DNA of 64,000 bases, taken from positions 2,170,001 to 2,234,000 of the forward strand of contig NW_025767202.1 in assembly GCF_003918875.1 (NCBI RefSeq), in the 5' to 3' direction. The DNA is from Haliotis rubra (lineage: Eukaryota). The notes under the pieces are model-generated. The model did no database searches. It was not told the DNA's origin and was given only the letters and a program-made list of their open reading frames with translations. Within the stretch, counting starts at the first letter, position 1, and the number at the start of each line of letters is the position of its first letter. Both the position numbers and the translations under genes were made by a program. This document shows positions 50,298 to 63,095 of the stretch, piece by piece.

Positions 50298-51142
50298 ATG
50301 CCCCTAACTGAATCTACCCGTACAATGAATAACAGTTGGAACATTGCTACACAACGTACAACCTGCTTCATAACAATATTGAATGTTTCTCTCTGGCCTT
50401 GTTGTAAGTAGTTTTATATTTGTAATTGTAAAACATTGAGTCCCAGAAGCTACGAAGCTCGAGAATAATGAGTCTGTGTTAACTGTACTCTGTTTCCTTG
50501 AGAGACAAGGAAAGGTGTGTACATATCGGAACGAGGATTAACCTGGCACCCGTCTTTCCAAACTACTGACATTTTCCCAAGGCAAGGAAATCCCACCTAC
50601 TGAAGACCCGTCTTGGGAAGATGCACTTCTGTATGAACAGTCTTGTTATTGAAATGATCTTTTCACCTCATATTAAAAATAACTTTCGACCGTGTGTATT
50701 CTGGTCTTCATATGGCATTATTTAAAACTTTAAAGAGGTATGTAAGTCAATGTATTATACATTATCTTCTTGGAAATGACAGCTACCGCTGGGATGCTTT
50801 CTTATAATCAGGTAGTTAAATTTATCAGGTGGAAATGAAATTTAATTGACGCAGCCTACGCAAGCACATGCACATCAAACAGTTTTATGGTTCTAGAATA
50901 TACCCCCTTTATGTACGATGTGGCAAATCATGTATTGTCCATATTGCGTGGGGTTGAGTACTTAGCATATATAGTGAAAATCTATTTTTTTCTAATGATG
51001 ACTGCTGAAGTGTTGAGACAAGCAGTTAGGTGTGAGCTACCGATGGTGTACCTGATGACAACCTGTGGTCGATCTTCAACAGATTTGAAGATGGGGATGT
51101 GTTGTGGATGTTTTGACAATAGAGCCTTTTTGACGATTCTGA

Positions 51143-51398
51143 GTGAGTGAGTGAGTGAGTGAGTTTAGTTGTACTCCGCACTCAGCAACATTCCAGCTAT
51201 ATGGCGGCGGTCTGTAAATAATCGAGTCTGGTCCAGACAATCCAGTGATCAACAGCATGAGCATCGATCTGCGCAACTGGGCTACAGTGGCATGTGTCAA
51301 CCAAGTAAGCGAGCCTGACCACCCGATCCCATTAGTCGCCTCTTACGACAAGCATGGGTTACTGAAGGCCAATCTTCTAACCCGGATCTTCACGGGTG
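51143..51398 (-). mobile_element. Full-length SINE-like family B with 14-bp TSD
   Basis: TSD tttgacgattctga at 51129-51142 and 51399-51412; (ACTC)n tail. Confidence 0.95.
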
Positions 51399-51593
51399 TT
51401 TGACGATTCTGAACGTATCATGATATGATGTGAGCATCAAATACTGACGACACCAGGTGTTCACCCATCCAAATACACATCCCAAACACCAAAATCATCA
51501 AAACAAAAACCACTCGAGGAAATGTGTTAATATATAACCCCAATAGAGGACATTAGGCAAAAGCAGGTCAATTCTTAACCTAAGCTGGTTGCC

Positions 51594-51812
51594 TGGTTTG
51601 TTGTTTTACACCGCACTCAGCAATATTCCAGCTATATGACGGCGGTCTGTATATAATCGAGTCTGGGCCGACAATCCAGTGATCCACGGCATGAGCACAG
51701 ATCTACGCAATTGGGACACGATGACATGTGTCAACCAAGTCAGCAAGCCTGGCTTCCTGATCGCCTCTTACGACAAGCATGGGTTGCTGAAGACCAATTC
51801 TTATTTGGATCC
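51594..51812 (-). mobile_element. SINE-like family B, diverged
   Basis: Reverse complement of the family B body. Confidence 0.85.
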
Positions 51813-53723
51813 GAAGTAATAGTCGATGGTCTATAATTCCCAAGTCTCATCGATTGCACAGGATTGTAAGGTGGATCTGTTCGAGTGACATGGTGGAGTA
51901 CGACTATTTGCTTTCTCCTGGCTGGCCAATTGTGGCTTTGTCCTCACACACATCAAGTCATGATCTTATTTCATAAACAAAGCAACTCTTTTTTACCACC
52001 GGGGCCATTGAACAAAAATTGGTAAATATAAAGTTGATTTTTGAAAGTGCAAAAGTTGTTACAGTATTTCTGCATTGTTGAAGAACTTGTGGCGTGGAAC
52101 GTTAAATTGACATGCGAATTTGACACGAACCAGAAACCAACATCCCAAATCAAGGATTGTTCACATCTGATAATTCTGCAAGGTCGGGATGTTTCACACA
52201 GTTATTTCTGTCCTTTCTGAATGGCGAAACAATGACAATGACAATGACAGTGAGAAACGAGTCCACATTATCTGACGAAACAAATTATATCGGACACAAA
52301 AGGAAAAGTAGCATTGTAAAATGTAATTGCTGTTATTAACACCAGGTTTTCTCGAAGATGGAGCATCCGCTACTCTCACACCATGCATGTTTGTGTTTTC
52401 TTTTTTGATTGTCTGCTTCAATGCATGAGGGTGTGCCAGGTAATTATTGTAATTACTCCTGTACACGTGTGTTAGTTAATCGCAAACTGTTTCCACGTGC
52501 ATCGTTCCGTAATGAACTGAGTAACCCGAGACGACTGGGGATATTAGTCACAGTGGTTCGAATCGTTGTTTCGACAATAATTTTTAAAAATAAAAATCTA
52601 GACTTTTGCAACTGTATATTGTTTTTATATGCTATGAGTAACATACATTTCAAATTTGAACGAAATCGGCGAAGAAAATTTAGAAAATTCTCCCGCTACA
52701 CTTATATAAAATACACCATCCACATTTACTCTTTATATCAAGTACCAGTATCTTTTAGAAATCTGGGATTTCTTTATTCAGTTCATGAATTTTATTTTGT
52801 AAGACTAAGCTTTGTATTTAGGTGTCCTCGCTTGGTCTTAATTGTCTTAGAGACATATTTTGGCTGTACATAGACCGCTAAGGAGCATTTCTCCCAAATT
52901 TCCCTAGCCTAGATGGTTTACTCCCAAAAGTTAGACGTCCCAAAAGTCAGACATCCCAATTGTCAGACAAATCAATCAGGCGTGACTGTGATAACAACCT
53001 AGTCTTACCCACTGATATAATGAACCTGTCCCATGCACTAGCGAGATGGTTTTCACATTTGTACAGAAATACTTTGATCAGAATACTAATGTTGACTGGC
53101 CCTATGGAGTGTCGAGTTAACCAACTCCCAGGATTGGTCACTCCCGACTTAATGTGTCGATTGTTACTTAATGTTACCTTGATGTCAGGAGCGCAGATAC
53201 GCGACACTCTACAAGGCACTATTCATTAACAAACAAAAATACTTAAGGTAAATAAAACTCAAAACAACATATGGCATTAAATGTGTTTATGTCTACAGGG
53301 GTTTTCTTTACTCAGTGCATCAGGGCGCAGGGTTGGCAGAAGCTTGGACACCTGTAAATGAAATAATCGATGATACATCATTGTGTTCACATGCAGGATA
53401 GGAAACAAGATGTTTATATTTAATGGAGAACATCTAGATAATTAGCATGTGAACTTTGAAGGTAATACACCGATTTGTCAAATTTGTTGACACTCGTCGT
53501 ACGGAGCCGACTCATTTGTTTATGACAACACTCATCTCTCACGTCTGACCACATCACAATGAGAATTCGTCGTGTGTTTAGTAGAAATAACCACTTCTGC
53601 CTATGGGAGATATGTTAAACAGATTAGACGACGTGACGAACAGTATTGCCACGTACAGGTGATATCTCCGTGTTGCTAGGATACCACCTGCTAGTTTACC
53701 TTCACAAGACCCGGGTATGGTGG

Positions 53724-53899
53724 TTAGCAACCGACTTCGAAACAAGACTGTGTGTCGGTGTCGGTGTCGCTGCCGTCACAGGTACCATTAGCGCTGTTAC
53801 TGGTGCCGCAGACCCGCAGTCGCTGTCTCCGTATGACGCCCACACCACAGGTTACCGAGCAGCAGCCGTCATCCTGCCATTCATGCCAGTCTCCCCATT
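53724..53899 (-). CDS. TSP1 exon (third)
   Basis: ttccag|EWGDWHEWQDDGCCSVTCGVGVIRRQRLRVC..C..SCFEVGC*. Confidence 0.85.
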
Positions 53900-56800
53900 C
53901 TGGAAGTGTCGAAGTCAACTTATAAACACTGAGGAAATGTTTGCATTGAAATTTGCATTATTTTACTATAGGATATATAAATCTGCTTATTAGTAATGTA
54001 CCACTACCTTCATATCTTAGCACACACACATACACACACGCTCGCACATACACACACACACACAAAGAAGATCGTTCAGGCCGTTTTAATAGTCCGCTTT
54101 CAATGCCATTAACGAGCCCTCTAGCTACTTCTTAAACGAAACCCAAGAAACCCATTAATTTGGGAGTAAAAGTTCGGAATGTCAGTTCGCATCTATTGCT
54201 AAGCTGTATGTTTCTAGCCTCTCTGTAGTAATTTAGATAATCCTCTTCTTGTCTTATCTTATAAGAATACATACCCGGACAAATAGCACGACTACCCTGT
54301 AATTGACCACGTGCCCAGACAAATGTAATGTCTGTCCTGTAATACACTACACGACTTGAAGAATTCCACAAAGACAATGAATAAACCACATACCGATATC
54401 GTTGTCATGGCTACCCTGCCATAGTATAAGTACATGGGCAAATGGCTGTAATTGATTCTATGCCTTGATAAGTATCATGGCTACCCTGTAATAGGTAAGA
54501 CATTTGGAAAGCTGTGATTGTTTCATTTTCACTTTATACCTGTCTTGTCTATCTATCCTATAATAGACTAGAACAAGGGTCATTGCCACCCTATAATGTC
54601 CTACACACCTGTACAAATGTCATATCTACCCTGATTTGCTCTACACCTGGACCGCTGTCATGACTACCTATAATAGTCTACGTACCTGGACAAATTCCAA
54701 CATTGCATTCCATTGACTCTGTTTGAACTTGCTCTTCATTGCACGTAGGGTCATTACTTGGACATGGCCTTGACCTTTCACGGGAGACGCAGCCAAGGCC
54801 ACATGTAGTGGAGCAAGGTCCGAGAGCTGACCAGCTGGACCACTCTACAAATAATAACCCCAATACGTGATTTAGTGGAAATCAATACAAACCGATTAAA
54901 CGTTCCAAGTTCACGAAAACAATTAGTCAGGAACTATAAACATATTCATGACGGTATTGCCAGGACTTTAAGGTCGTGATTCACAATTGGCACGCGCATG
55001 TTAATGAACGCGTTGTTTACCTATCAGGTGCTCTTTAATAACATATTCTTGAGCGTAAATAAAGCTAACGCTGGACCAGGGTTTGCTGAACATCGCCAAC
55101 GCGATGTGTGAATGCTGCTAACAGGAATGGCGCCGAAAGAAGTTGCAAGACATTTTAATATTAATCGATATTATCTCTGTGGAGATATTCTGTTATCATT
55201 TGTCACTAGCCCGTCGTCCACGTGTGGCGCGTCGGCCAACATATTCGGTTGCTGCATCTACTGAATCATCAACAGCTTGAACGATTCTTGGATTGACACC
55301 AAATCGTGGCAGAGCCGTTTCCAACTGGCTGAAAGCATCCACAATTTTGTTCCAAGTCACTGTCAGGCATGCCTAACTAGACAGCATCTGAGATTCAGGT
55401 GAGTCCAAGTTCCATCTACATTCGTCCACGAGAACATTTGCGTTATTCAACCTTTTGGGTTAGAAGTGTAATAGTGGTAGGATTTGAGGCTATAAAACAC
55501 TGCAGGTATCCTCCACATGCCAAGCATGAGATGGTACTACCTCCACGACTGGATCAGAACTAGCTCACCCAGCTCAGTTGAACCAATCCTTGGCTGACAC
55601 TTGAAAACCCATCTAGAAGACAACCATCTGGTGTCTTCAACGCATGGCCACCACCTCCCTTGTATCAACGCAAATGGCTGTTTTTCATGACAGTGATAGA
55701 GTTAACCGAGTTGTTACAACACACTACTTGAAGAGCCTGGTGCTCTGATTCCTGTTAGCAGGTATGTTTTTGGTTAATGAATTTGTAAGGATTATAAAAT
55801 AAGCAGACGAATGACCGAAATAGTATGTTGTTACTTTCACGATTTTCACCCCCTTTAAAGAGACACACATCCTTTTCCTTCTGCTGTAACCTTTCATCAG
55901 ACATGGTTGGTACATAGCATGTATACAAGTGAGAGTTAAAGTGGCAGTCACATCGGCAATATTTTAGAAATGTTCTGATTCGTTGTCGTGATTGTTAAAC
56001 AATAATAGTAACGCAAAACGTTTTCTGAGAAAATGTTTGAGAATATTTAGAAACCTATTACTCATTACTCATCAACACAAAAACGTAACGTCCAAAAGAT
56101 AATCTGCATCTAGAACCAGACCTCTAACCCAGGAACTGTCTCGACGCGAGGTAGCTCTGCACGCTTCTGCATATATAGCCAAGCTCTACTGTACATTTCA
56201 CATTTGATCTACACACGTTTTATAAAGAACAACAGATGCTTAGTTCGATTAATTAAAAGCACTGAAGGTCTCACATGGTGGCTTCAACAAGAAACAATAC
56301 AGGAACCGGTGAATGATCTACGTCCTATTTATGCACACACGGCATAATTTGACACAACGTTAGTGATAAGGCTTAACAAATATTCTTAACAGAATCCTAA
56401 ATTACCAGGCTGAGGATTAGTCCATGGTGTCCAGCTTTGGGGTGGTCTTGACCACGTAGTCCATGTTGGAGGCTGTGTCCACGTGGTCCATGTTGGCGGT
56501 GTTGACCACGTGGTCCATGTTGGAGGTGTTGACCACGTGGTCCATGTTGGCGGTGTTGACCACGTGGTCCATGTTGGAGGTGTTGACCACGTGGTCCATG
56601 TTGGAGGTGTTGACCACGTGGTCCATGTTGGAGGTGTTGACCACGTGGTCCATGTTGGCGGTGTTGACCACGTGGTCCATGTTGGCGGTGTTGACCACGT
56701 GGTCCATGTTGGAGGTGTTGACCACGTGGTCCATGTTGGCGGTGTTGACCACGTGGTCCATGTTGGAGGTGTTGACCACGTGGTCCATGTTAGTGGCGTT

Positions 56801-59800
56801 GTGGATGTTGTTGTGGTTGTTGGTGTTGTTGTGTGTGTTGGTGTTGGTGTTGGTGTTGTTGTTGGAGGCGTTGTTGTGGTTGTTGTTGGCATCTCTGGGG
56901 TTGTGGATGTTGTTGGAGGTGTCGTTCTTGTTGTCGTGAGTGTTGTTGTGGTTGTTGTTGGCATATCTGTCGTTGTGGTTGTTGGTTGTATCGTTGTGGT
57001 TGTGGTTGTCGTGGGTGCGGTTGTTGTTGTTGTTGGAGGTGTGGTTGTTGTTGGAGGTGTTGTGGTTGTTGTTGGTATTTCTGTTGTGGTTGTCGGGGGT
57101 GTTGTTGTTGTTGTTGGAGGTGTTGTTGTTGTCGGGGTTGTTGTTGTTGTTGTTGGGGGTGCGGTTGTGGTTGTTGGTATCTCTGTTGTTGTGGTTGTCG
57201 GGGGTGCGGTTGTGGTGGTTGTTGTTGGAGGTGTGTGGTTGTAGGGGTGTTGTTGTGGTTGTTGTTGGCATCTCTGTGGTTGTTGTTGGGGGTGTTGTGG
57301 TTGTCGGGGGTGTTGTTGTGGTTGTTGTTGGTATCTCTGTGGTTGTTGTTGGAGGTGTTGTTGTAGTTGTCGGTATCTCTGTTGTTGTGGTTGTTGTTGG
57401 TATCTCTGTGGTTGTTGTTGGTTGTTGGAGGTGTTGTGGTTGTCGGGGGTGTTGTTGTTGTTGTTGGTATCTCTGTTGTTGTTGTTGTCGGCGTTGCGGT
57501 GGTTGTCGGTTGTTGTTGTTGTTGGAGGTTGGCATCTCTGTGGTGGTTGTTGGAGGTGTTGTGGTGGTTGTCGGGGTGTTGTTGTGGTTGTTGGTATCTG
57601 GTGGTTGTTGTTGGTTGTTGTTGGCATCGGTGGTTGTTGTTGGAGGTTGTTGTTGGTGCGGTCTCTGTGGTTGTTGTTGGAGGCGTTGTTGTGGTTGTCG
57701 GGGGTGTTGTTGTGGTTGTTGCTGGTATCTCTGTCGTTGTGGACGTTGGGGGTGTCGTTGTGGTTGTGGATGTTGTGGGTGTTGTTGTAGTAGTTGTTGG
57801 AGGTGTTGTGGTTGATGTGGTTGCCGTTGTGGTTGTACACATAGGTGAGATACAGTTCACTGTTCTGTTTTCACTGGCGACGAATGGCAAACACATCCGG
57901 ATATCATCCTGATGTTCCGTGTCACACATCCTTGTCCTTGTGTCCACCCTCTCCTGCATCCCACACGCCCCTGTACAGTCCCCCTGCACCCACTCTGTCC
58001 ACTCCGTGATTCCTACACACAACATACACACATTAAGACAAAGTGAGGGATTTTAACGCCTCTTGAAACAGTATATTCAGCCACTGCGTGTCGGCCTGGC
58101 GGGGGAGTAATGCCCAAAACATTGCTCAAGGACGTTTACCTACTTTGATGAAAACCAACGAACACGGTGCTAAACCCTGGGGTATCCTAAGTACCATTAC
58201 ACAGTATAATGTGGTCAGACCCGCTGACTTGGTTGACACATCACGACCCAGCTGACCGATGCTCGTGGATTGTCTAGTCCAGACTCCGGCATTTACAGAC
58301 CACCGTCATATAGCTATGATATTGCTGAGTGTGTCTTTCAACAACAAACAAACAACGCTGTAATGCGGCTCCTCAGAAAACCCGTCTTATGGGGGAGGTG
58401 GAGTAGCCAAGTGGTTAAACCGTTCGATAACCACGCCGAAGACCCGGGTTCGATTCCCCACATGGGTACAATGTGTGAAGCCCATTTCCGGTGTCTCCCG
58501 CCGTGATGTTGCTGGAATATTGCTAAAAGCGGTGTAAAACTAAAACTCACTCACTCTACGCTTATGAAGAAAATGTATGTATCCATGAAATGAGTGTTAC
58601 AATAATGATAATACATATATCACTGACATCAGTGGTGAATGCAGCTTCACTTACTTCCATCATCGTCGATAATGGTAAACGTGAAGGTGTCTTCAGGCCC
58701 AGGGCTTCCGGTACTGGTAGTCAAGATCCTGATGTGAAAAGATTCCGTGCCCTCGAAAATCTGACAGACAAATCAACAATATTACAATTGATTCGTCAAC
58801 CTTCATTGCACTGTTTTATTATGCAAATAGCAATTTCAGGATTGTCATCAGTAGATACAAACCCAGATATTGTGTAAATTGAACAGTGAAAAATGTTTGC
58901 AACCATCTCTTTTCAGCAATAGAATGAACCAGAATGGAGTTGTACAGGCTGTGACAACTTTGTTCTTACCATACAGTTCCTAACGACTATCTCTTAAACT
59001 CAATGGTTGCCCAGTAAAATCTCCTTTACCTCCTGTTCATAGTAACACCCTATGAACCAAGCAACACTACATTTACACACAGTGCTTCGTCATTTACGAT
59101 CAGCTCTGGTGTGCTGGGACAAAGTCTAACCCGGAGTCTGAGAGAGGGGGAATTCATAGCAGATAGTTCTGTTCATTAGTGATGTGGTTTACACTCTGGA
59201 CAGGGAATACATTATATTACAACGGTTGCGTCTAAAGCCTACATTCAGTAGTACGTCAGGTTGTGATGTGGTTTACACTCTGGACAGGGAATACATTATA
59301 TTACAACGGTTTTGTCTAAAGTCTACATTCAGAAGTACGTCAGGTTGTGATGTGGTTTACACTCTGGACAGGGAATACATTATATTACAACGGTTTTGTC
59401 TAAAGTCTACATTCAGAAGTACGTCAGGTTGTGATGTGGTTTACACTCTGGACAGGGAATACATTATATTACAACGGTTGCGTCTAAAGTCTACATTCAG
59501 AAGTACGTCAGGTTGTGATGTGGTTTACACTCTGGACAGGGAATACATTATATTACAGCGGTTGCGTCTAAAGTCTACATTCAGAAGTACGTCAAGTTGT
59601 GATGTGGTTTACACTCTGGACAGGGAATACATTATATTACAACGGTTTTGTCTAAAGTCTACATTCAGAAGTACGTCAGGTTGTGATGTGGTTTACACTC
59701 TGGACAGGGAATACATTATATTACAACGGTTTTGTCTAAAGTCTACATTCAGAAGTACGTCAGGTTGTGATGTGGTTTACACTCTGGACAGGGAATACAT

Positions 59801-61898
59801 TATATTACAACGGTTTTGTCTAAAGTCTACATTCAGAAGTACGTCAGGTTGTGATGTGGTTTACACTCTGGACAGGGAATACATTATATTACAACGGTTT
59901 TGTCTAAAGTCTACATTCAGAAGTACGTCAAGTTGTGATGTGGTTTACACCCTGGACAGGGAATACATTATATTACAACGGTTTTGTCTAAAGCCTACAT
60001 CCAGTAGTACGTCAGGTTGTGATGTGGTTTACACTGTGGACAGGGAATACATTATATTACAACGGTTTTGTCTAATGCCTACATTCAGAAGTACGTCAAG
60101 TTGTGATGTGGTTTACACTCTGGACAGGGAATACATTATATTACAACGGTTTTGTCTAAAGTCTACATTCAGTAGTAGGTCAGGTTGTGATGTGGTAGAG
60201 GTCTTGTTTGATTAGTGGCGCATTTGAATCTAAACAAGGTGATCACAGATACAGTTACTTCTCTGTCTTTAGAGGTTCGGGACAATCTGATAAACTACAA
60301 GAAGCAAATTACTTAGATTCGGGGACATTCCCGTCATGCCTGACTGCTTCCTATTGCATAGCGATCAGAATTATTGCAACGGTGGTCAGTCAGAAAATTA
60401 GGCCACTAAGGTTAATTTAACCTTCAGTAATCCCAAGTGAGTTATTTAATTTTGATTCAATATCCTTCTTGAAGAAGAAATAGGAAATATTTATCATTCC
60501 GTCATTTTTGCAAAAATTGTTATGAAATGTGGTATTTGTTCAGACTCATGTTGGATTAATGAATGGCCCGGGTTTGTGCAAAATGTTTTAAATTACAATA
60601 TTAATATAGCATTAACCATGCTCTCAAATTCTCTCAAAGATTTACAATGATGATATATCACTGAGCTGAGACGTGGCACTATTAGAAACGTCTTCCACTG
60701 CTGCTATAGCTTTACTTACTTCCGGTACTAATTACCGACAACTAGTTACATGACTGCTGTTCACAATGACCTCACCGAGTCGTCACTGATAGGTACGCTT
60801 ATGGTGATGGCTGAGATGAAAGGCGGGAAGACTGCCGAGATGTTGCCTCCGGTCGCCACCGATGTCTCGACAATGTTGCTACTAGCAGGCACGGTTGTTT
60901 CGATTGTGTAATAAATCGTCGCAGGCTGAGCTAGTGAAGGTGCGAATCGTGAGACTGTGACTTCTAAGGGTCCGTCACCTTCGCTGATGAAGTTGGGGCC
61001 AGACATTATGTAAAATGCCGTGGTAGGAAAAAACAGCGCTGCAAATATTTCAATGGTGAATACAGTGTAAGAGATGTGTTGAGATTCTACACACGCTCTT
61101 AATTTTTTATGCAAAGACACGTTTAGATTAGGGTACGGGTGTGTTGGGGTGGGGTGGGGTGGGGGAACGCGGTGTGTGTGTGTGGAGTGATTTAGTCATT
61201 TAGGGATCTCCTACTCGTTGGGTGTTCAAACGACGACAGGGTACGTATAGGTATGCTTTTCCAAATGACGGTCTTTGAAATGTTCTAATTTTTCAGTACT
61301 TCGTCACTGAATGGATACACAATCCCTGAAACAGTGTTCCTAGTGTTCCTAACGATAATAAGTTAATCTAGTTTATGCATTATAATCTTTGTTTCAGAAA
61401 CCTTGACATGGGTCCCGGGCAAAGCACTGAAGATGCGACTTTATAAATGAGTGAATCTGGGATTAGGAAAGGCCTTTCAGCCTTTTGCACACACAGGTTG
61501 TGGCTCTTCCCCAACTAAAATTCAACTTTAAATTATGAAAAGTAAGATTCATGAAGAATTATAATTCTTATCATATATCCTGGATTCAGATTGTGCCTGA
61601 GCGTCGCATTGTGTCCCATAGTCACAATCACTGGATTGTCTGGTTCAGACTAGATTTGTTTACAGACAACATCATACAGCTGTAATACCGCTGAAACCAA
61701 TATCTGCTCATGATATAGTGCAATCGGCTCTGTTTCTGGAAGAGACTTCTTATGAATGTGGAAATGGTTTTGTTGCTTCTATCTAATCTTGTACAATATA
61801 CAGAGGTAAATACACCCACCTGTGTGGACGTCCAGAGTCTGATTCAGCAGCAGCAACAGCAACAGCAGGTTCTTCCATCGTTGAAACACACCCGCCAT
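53724..61898 (-). CDS. Secreted Calx-beta / TSP1 / Thr-rich mucin / WxxW-repeat / TSP1 / TSP1 protein (frameshifts in mucin exon)
   Basis: Exons 61898-61820, 61038-60776, 58760-58655, 58012-56406, 54844-54686, 53899-53724, GT-AG with compatible phases; possible extra exon starting at 53351. Confidence 0.78.
54686..54844 (-). CDS. TSP1 exon (second)
   Basis: ttgtag|EWSSWSALGPCSTTCGLGCVSRERSRPC..C..CNVGICP|gtacgt; 159 nt, phase 1-1. Confidence 0.88.
55000..55900 (+). mobile_element. Highly degenerate Tc1-like relic (intronic)
   Basis: MAPKEVARHFN-like HTH start and scattered similarity to the 7.9-kb and 20.5-kb relics. Confidence 0.4.
56406..58012 (-). CDS. TSP1-like + Thr/Pro-rich mucin + (PPTWTTWST)13 exon
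   Basis: gtgtag|ITEWTEWVQGDCTGACG..RTRMC..C, poly-Thr, 13 WTTW units, WTNPQP|gtaatt; the Thr-rich frame switches several times at ~57240-57650. Confidence 0.75.
56445..56796 (-). repeat. 27-bp coding repeat x13 (PPTWTTWST)
   Basis: Plus-strand unit gttgaccacgtggtccatgttgg(a/c)ggt. Confidence 0.95.
58214..58355 (+). mobile_element. SINE-like family B, deleted copy
   Basis: gtcagac.cgctgacttggttgacac..tccagactc..catatagct..atattgctgagtg + (acaa)n. Confidence 0.75.
58390..58557 (+). mobile_element. SINE family A, full length
   Basis: tagccaagtgg A box, ggttcgattcc B box, (actc)n tail. Confidence 0.92.
58655..58760 (-). CDS. Calx-beta domain, second exon
   Basis: tgtcag|IFEGTESFHIRIL..TFTIIDDDG|gtaagt. 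Confidence 0.85.
59179..60197. repeat. 84-bp tandem minisatellite, 12 copies (intronic)
   Basis: Unit gtgatgtggtttacactctggacagggaatacattatattacaacggttttgtctaaagtctacattcagaagtacgtcaggtt. Confidence 0.97.
60776..61038 (-). CDS. Calx-beta domain, first exon
   Basis: ttgcag|ALFF..ISEGDGPLEVTVSR..VFPP..TISVPISDDS|gtgagg. Confidence 0.82.
61820..61898 (-). CDS. Signal-peptide exon
   Basis: MAGVFQRWKNLLLLLLLLNQTLDVHT|gtgggt, phase 1. Confidence 0.75.
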
Positions 61899-62418
61899 CA
61901 CTTGGACAGAACAGAAACGTTCTGCTGTAGTGTAAGATCATATAGCGCAATATAATTGGGACAAAATCAAATTTATTCTCAAAATATCCAACTCTATATG
62001 ATCAAGCAGGTAATACAATGAGCATCTTATGATCACTTTGTTTTTGATACAAAGAAATATGTAACATATATTTAATTAAGAGTACTAATGATGTCCTACC
62101 TTCTCTTCTGCAAAAATGTCTTTACAATAGAAACGTGCAGTATATCTAAGTATTCCCATTATCAATCTCCGACTAATCCGTGTGTGATGAATGTTCCTTT
62201 ACGTCAATGATAGCAGGTGTGCACAGATTAGAGGATAATGCAAGATTAAATGAATGGATTAGTCATGCTCTGGGATCAATACAATGGATTAGATACTTAA
62301 ACATTATACACCCACAGTCTCCGAGGGTTGAAACATGGCGTTATGAGATGTACTCTTGTAACAAGTTAGAGGGTTTTGATATGCTATCTCCAAATGATCA
62401 GTTTTATTCTTTACTTAA

Positions 62419-63095
62419 AGGTCACATGCAACCCAAAAATCAAACATAATTCAAACACAATTATCACTTATTCATGACATATAATATACATTGCTGGTTA
62501 TGAAAAAACATATAAACAAAATTATAAACGTACAATCGCAAATCAAAAGTGCAATATTGTGTACTTCGGTTTACTTCCCAAGAAACGAAGCAGCCGGGAA
62601 ACCGAACCCAGTCAGAGCGGGTGGGTGTGCACTCAAGTGTAACGGCTGGTTCATTTGCAGATGCTCATTGTGTGTGTTTATATAGAGATGTTGGGTTTTG
62701 TAAATACATGCTCATTTTTTATGTATAACATTTTGCAATCAACAGACATCATAACATGTCATGTGTTCAAGTATCACACGTGCCTGTCTGTGTAATTACA
62801 TAATGTGACAGAGGCCGAACTCGGGCCATAAATCAATGCATTTTGTTTATGGTGTATAGCCTGATTGGTGTTAAGTTCAAATTGCATGTGGTCAGTGATA
62901 GCAGCTGTGTATTGAATATTGTCATTAGCTGACAGGCAGGCAGACACGTTTGAACTCCGATTTCGCGCGGTTTTTTTCATCGCGTTATTTTCCAACTTTA
63001 TAAGTTGAATTTGCATTTTTGACGATTTGTTTCTGTAAGTCCATACCGAAAGGTATCAGAATCTGCAAAGTTGTGTTTTACGTTGCATGTGACCT
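62419..63095. mobile_element. Non-autonomous DNA transposon with TTAA TSD (Kolobok-like AG termini)
   Basis: ttaa|aggtcacatgcaac ... gttgcatgtgacct|ttaa. Confidence 0.85.

Noticed and set aside
56445-56796. Array of palindromic E-boxes (gaccacgtggtc)
   Set aside because: Adequately explained by W-T-T-W-S codons; no evidence for a regulatory role
56463-57912. Plus-strand Val/Leu/Cys-rich ORFs
   Set aside because: Antisense shadows of the mucin exon
58390-58465. tRNA-Asp-like gene
   Set aside because: Head of SINE family A; it runs into the SINE body in about ten copies and lacks a proper acceptor stem
61844-61868. Poly-Gln ORF on + strand
   Set aside because: Antisense of the poly-Leu signal peptide
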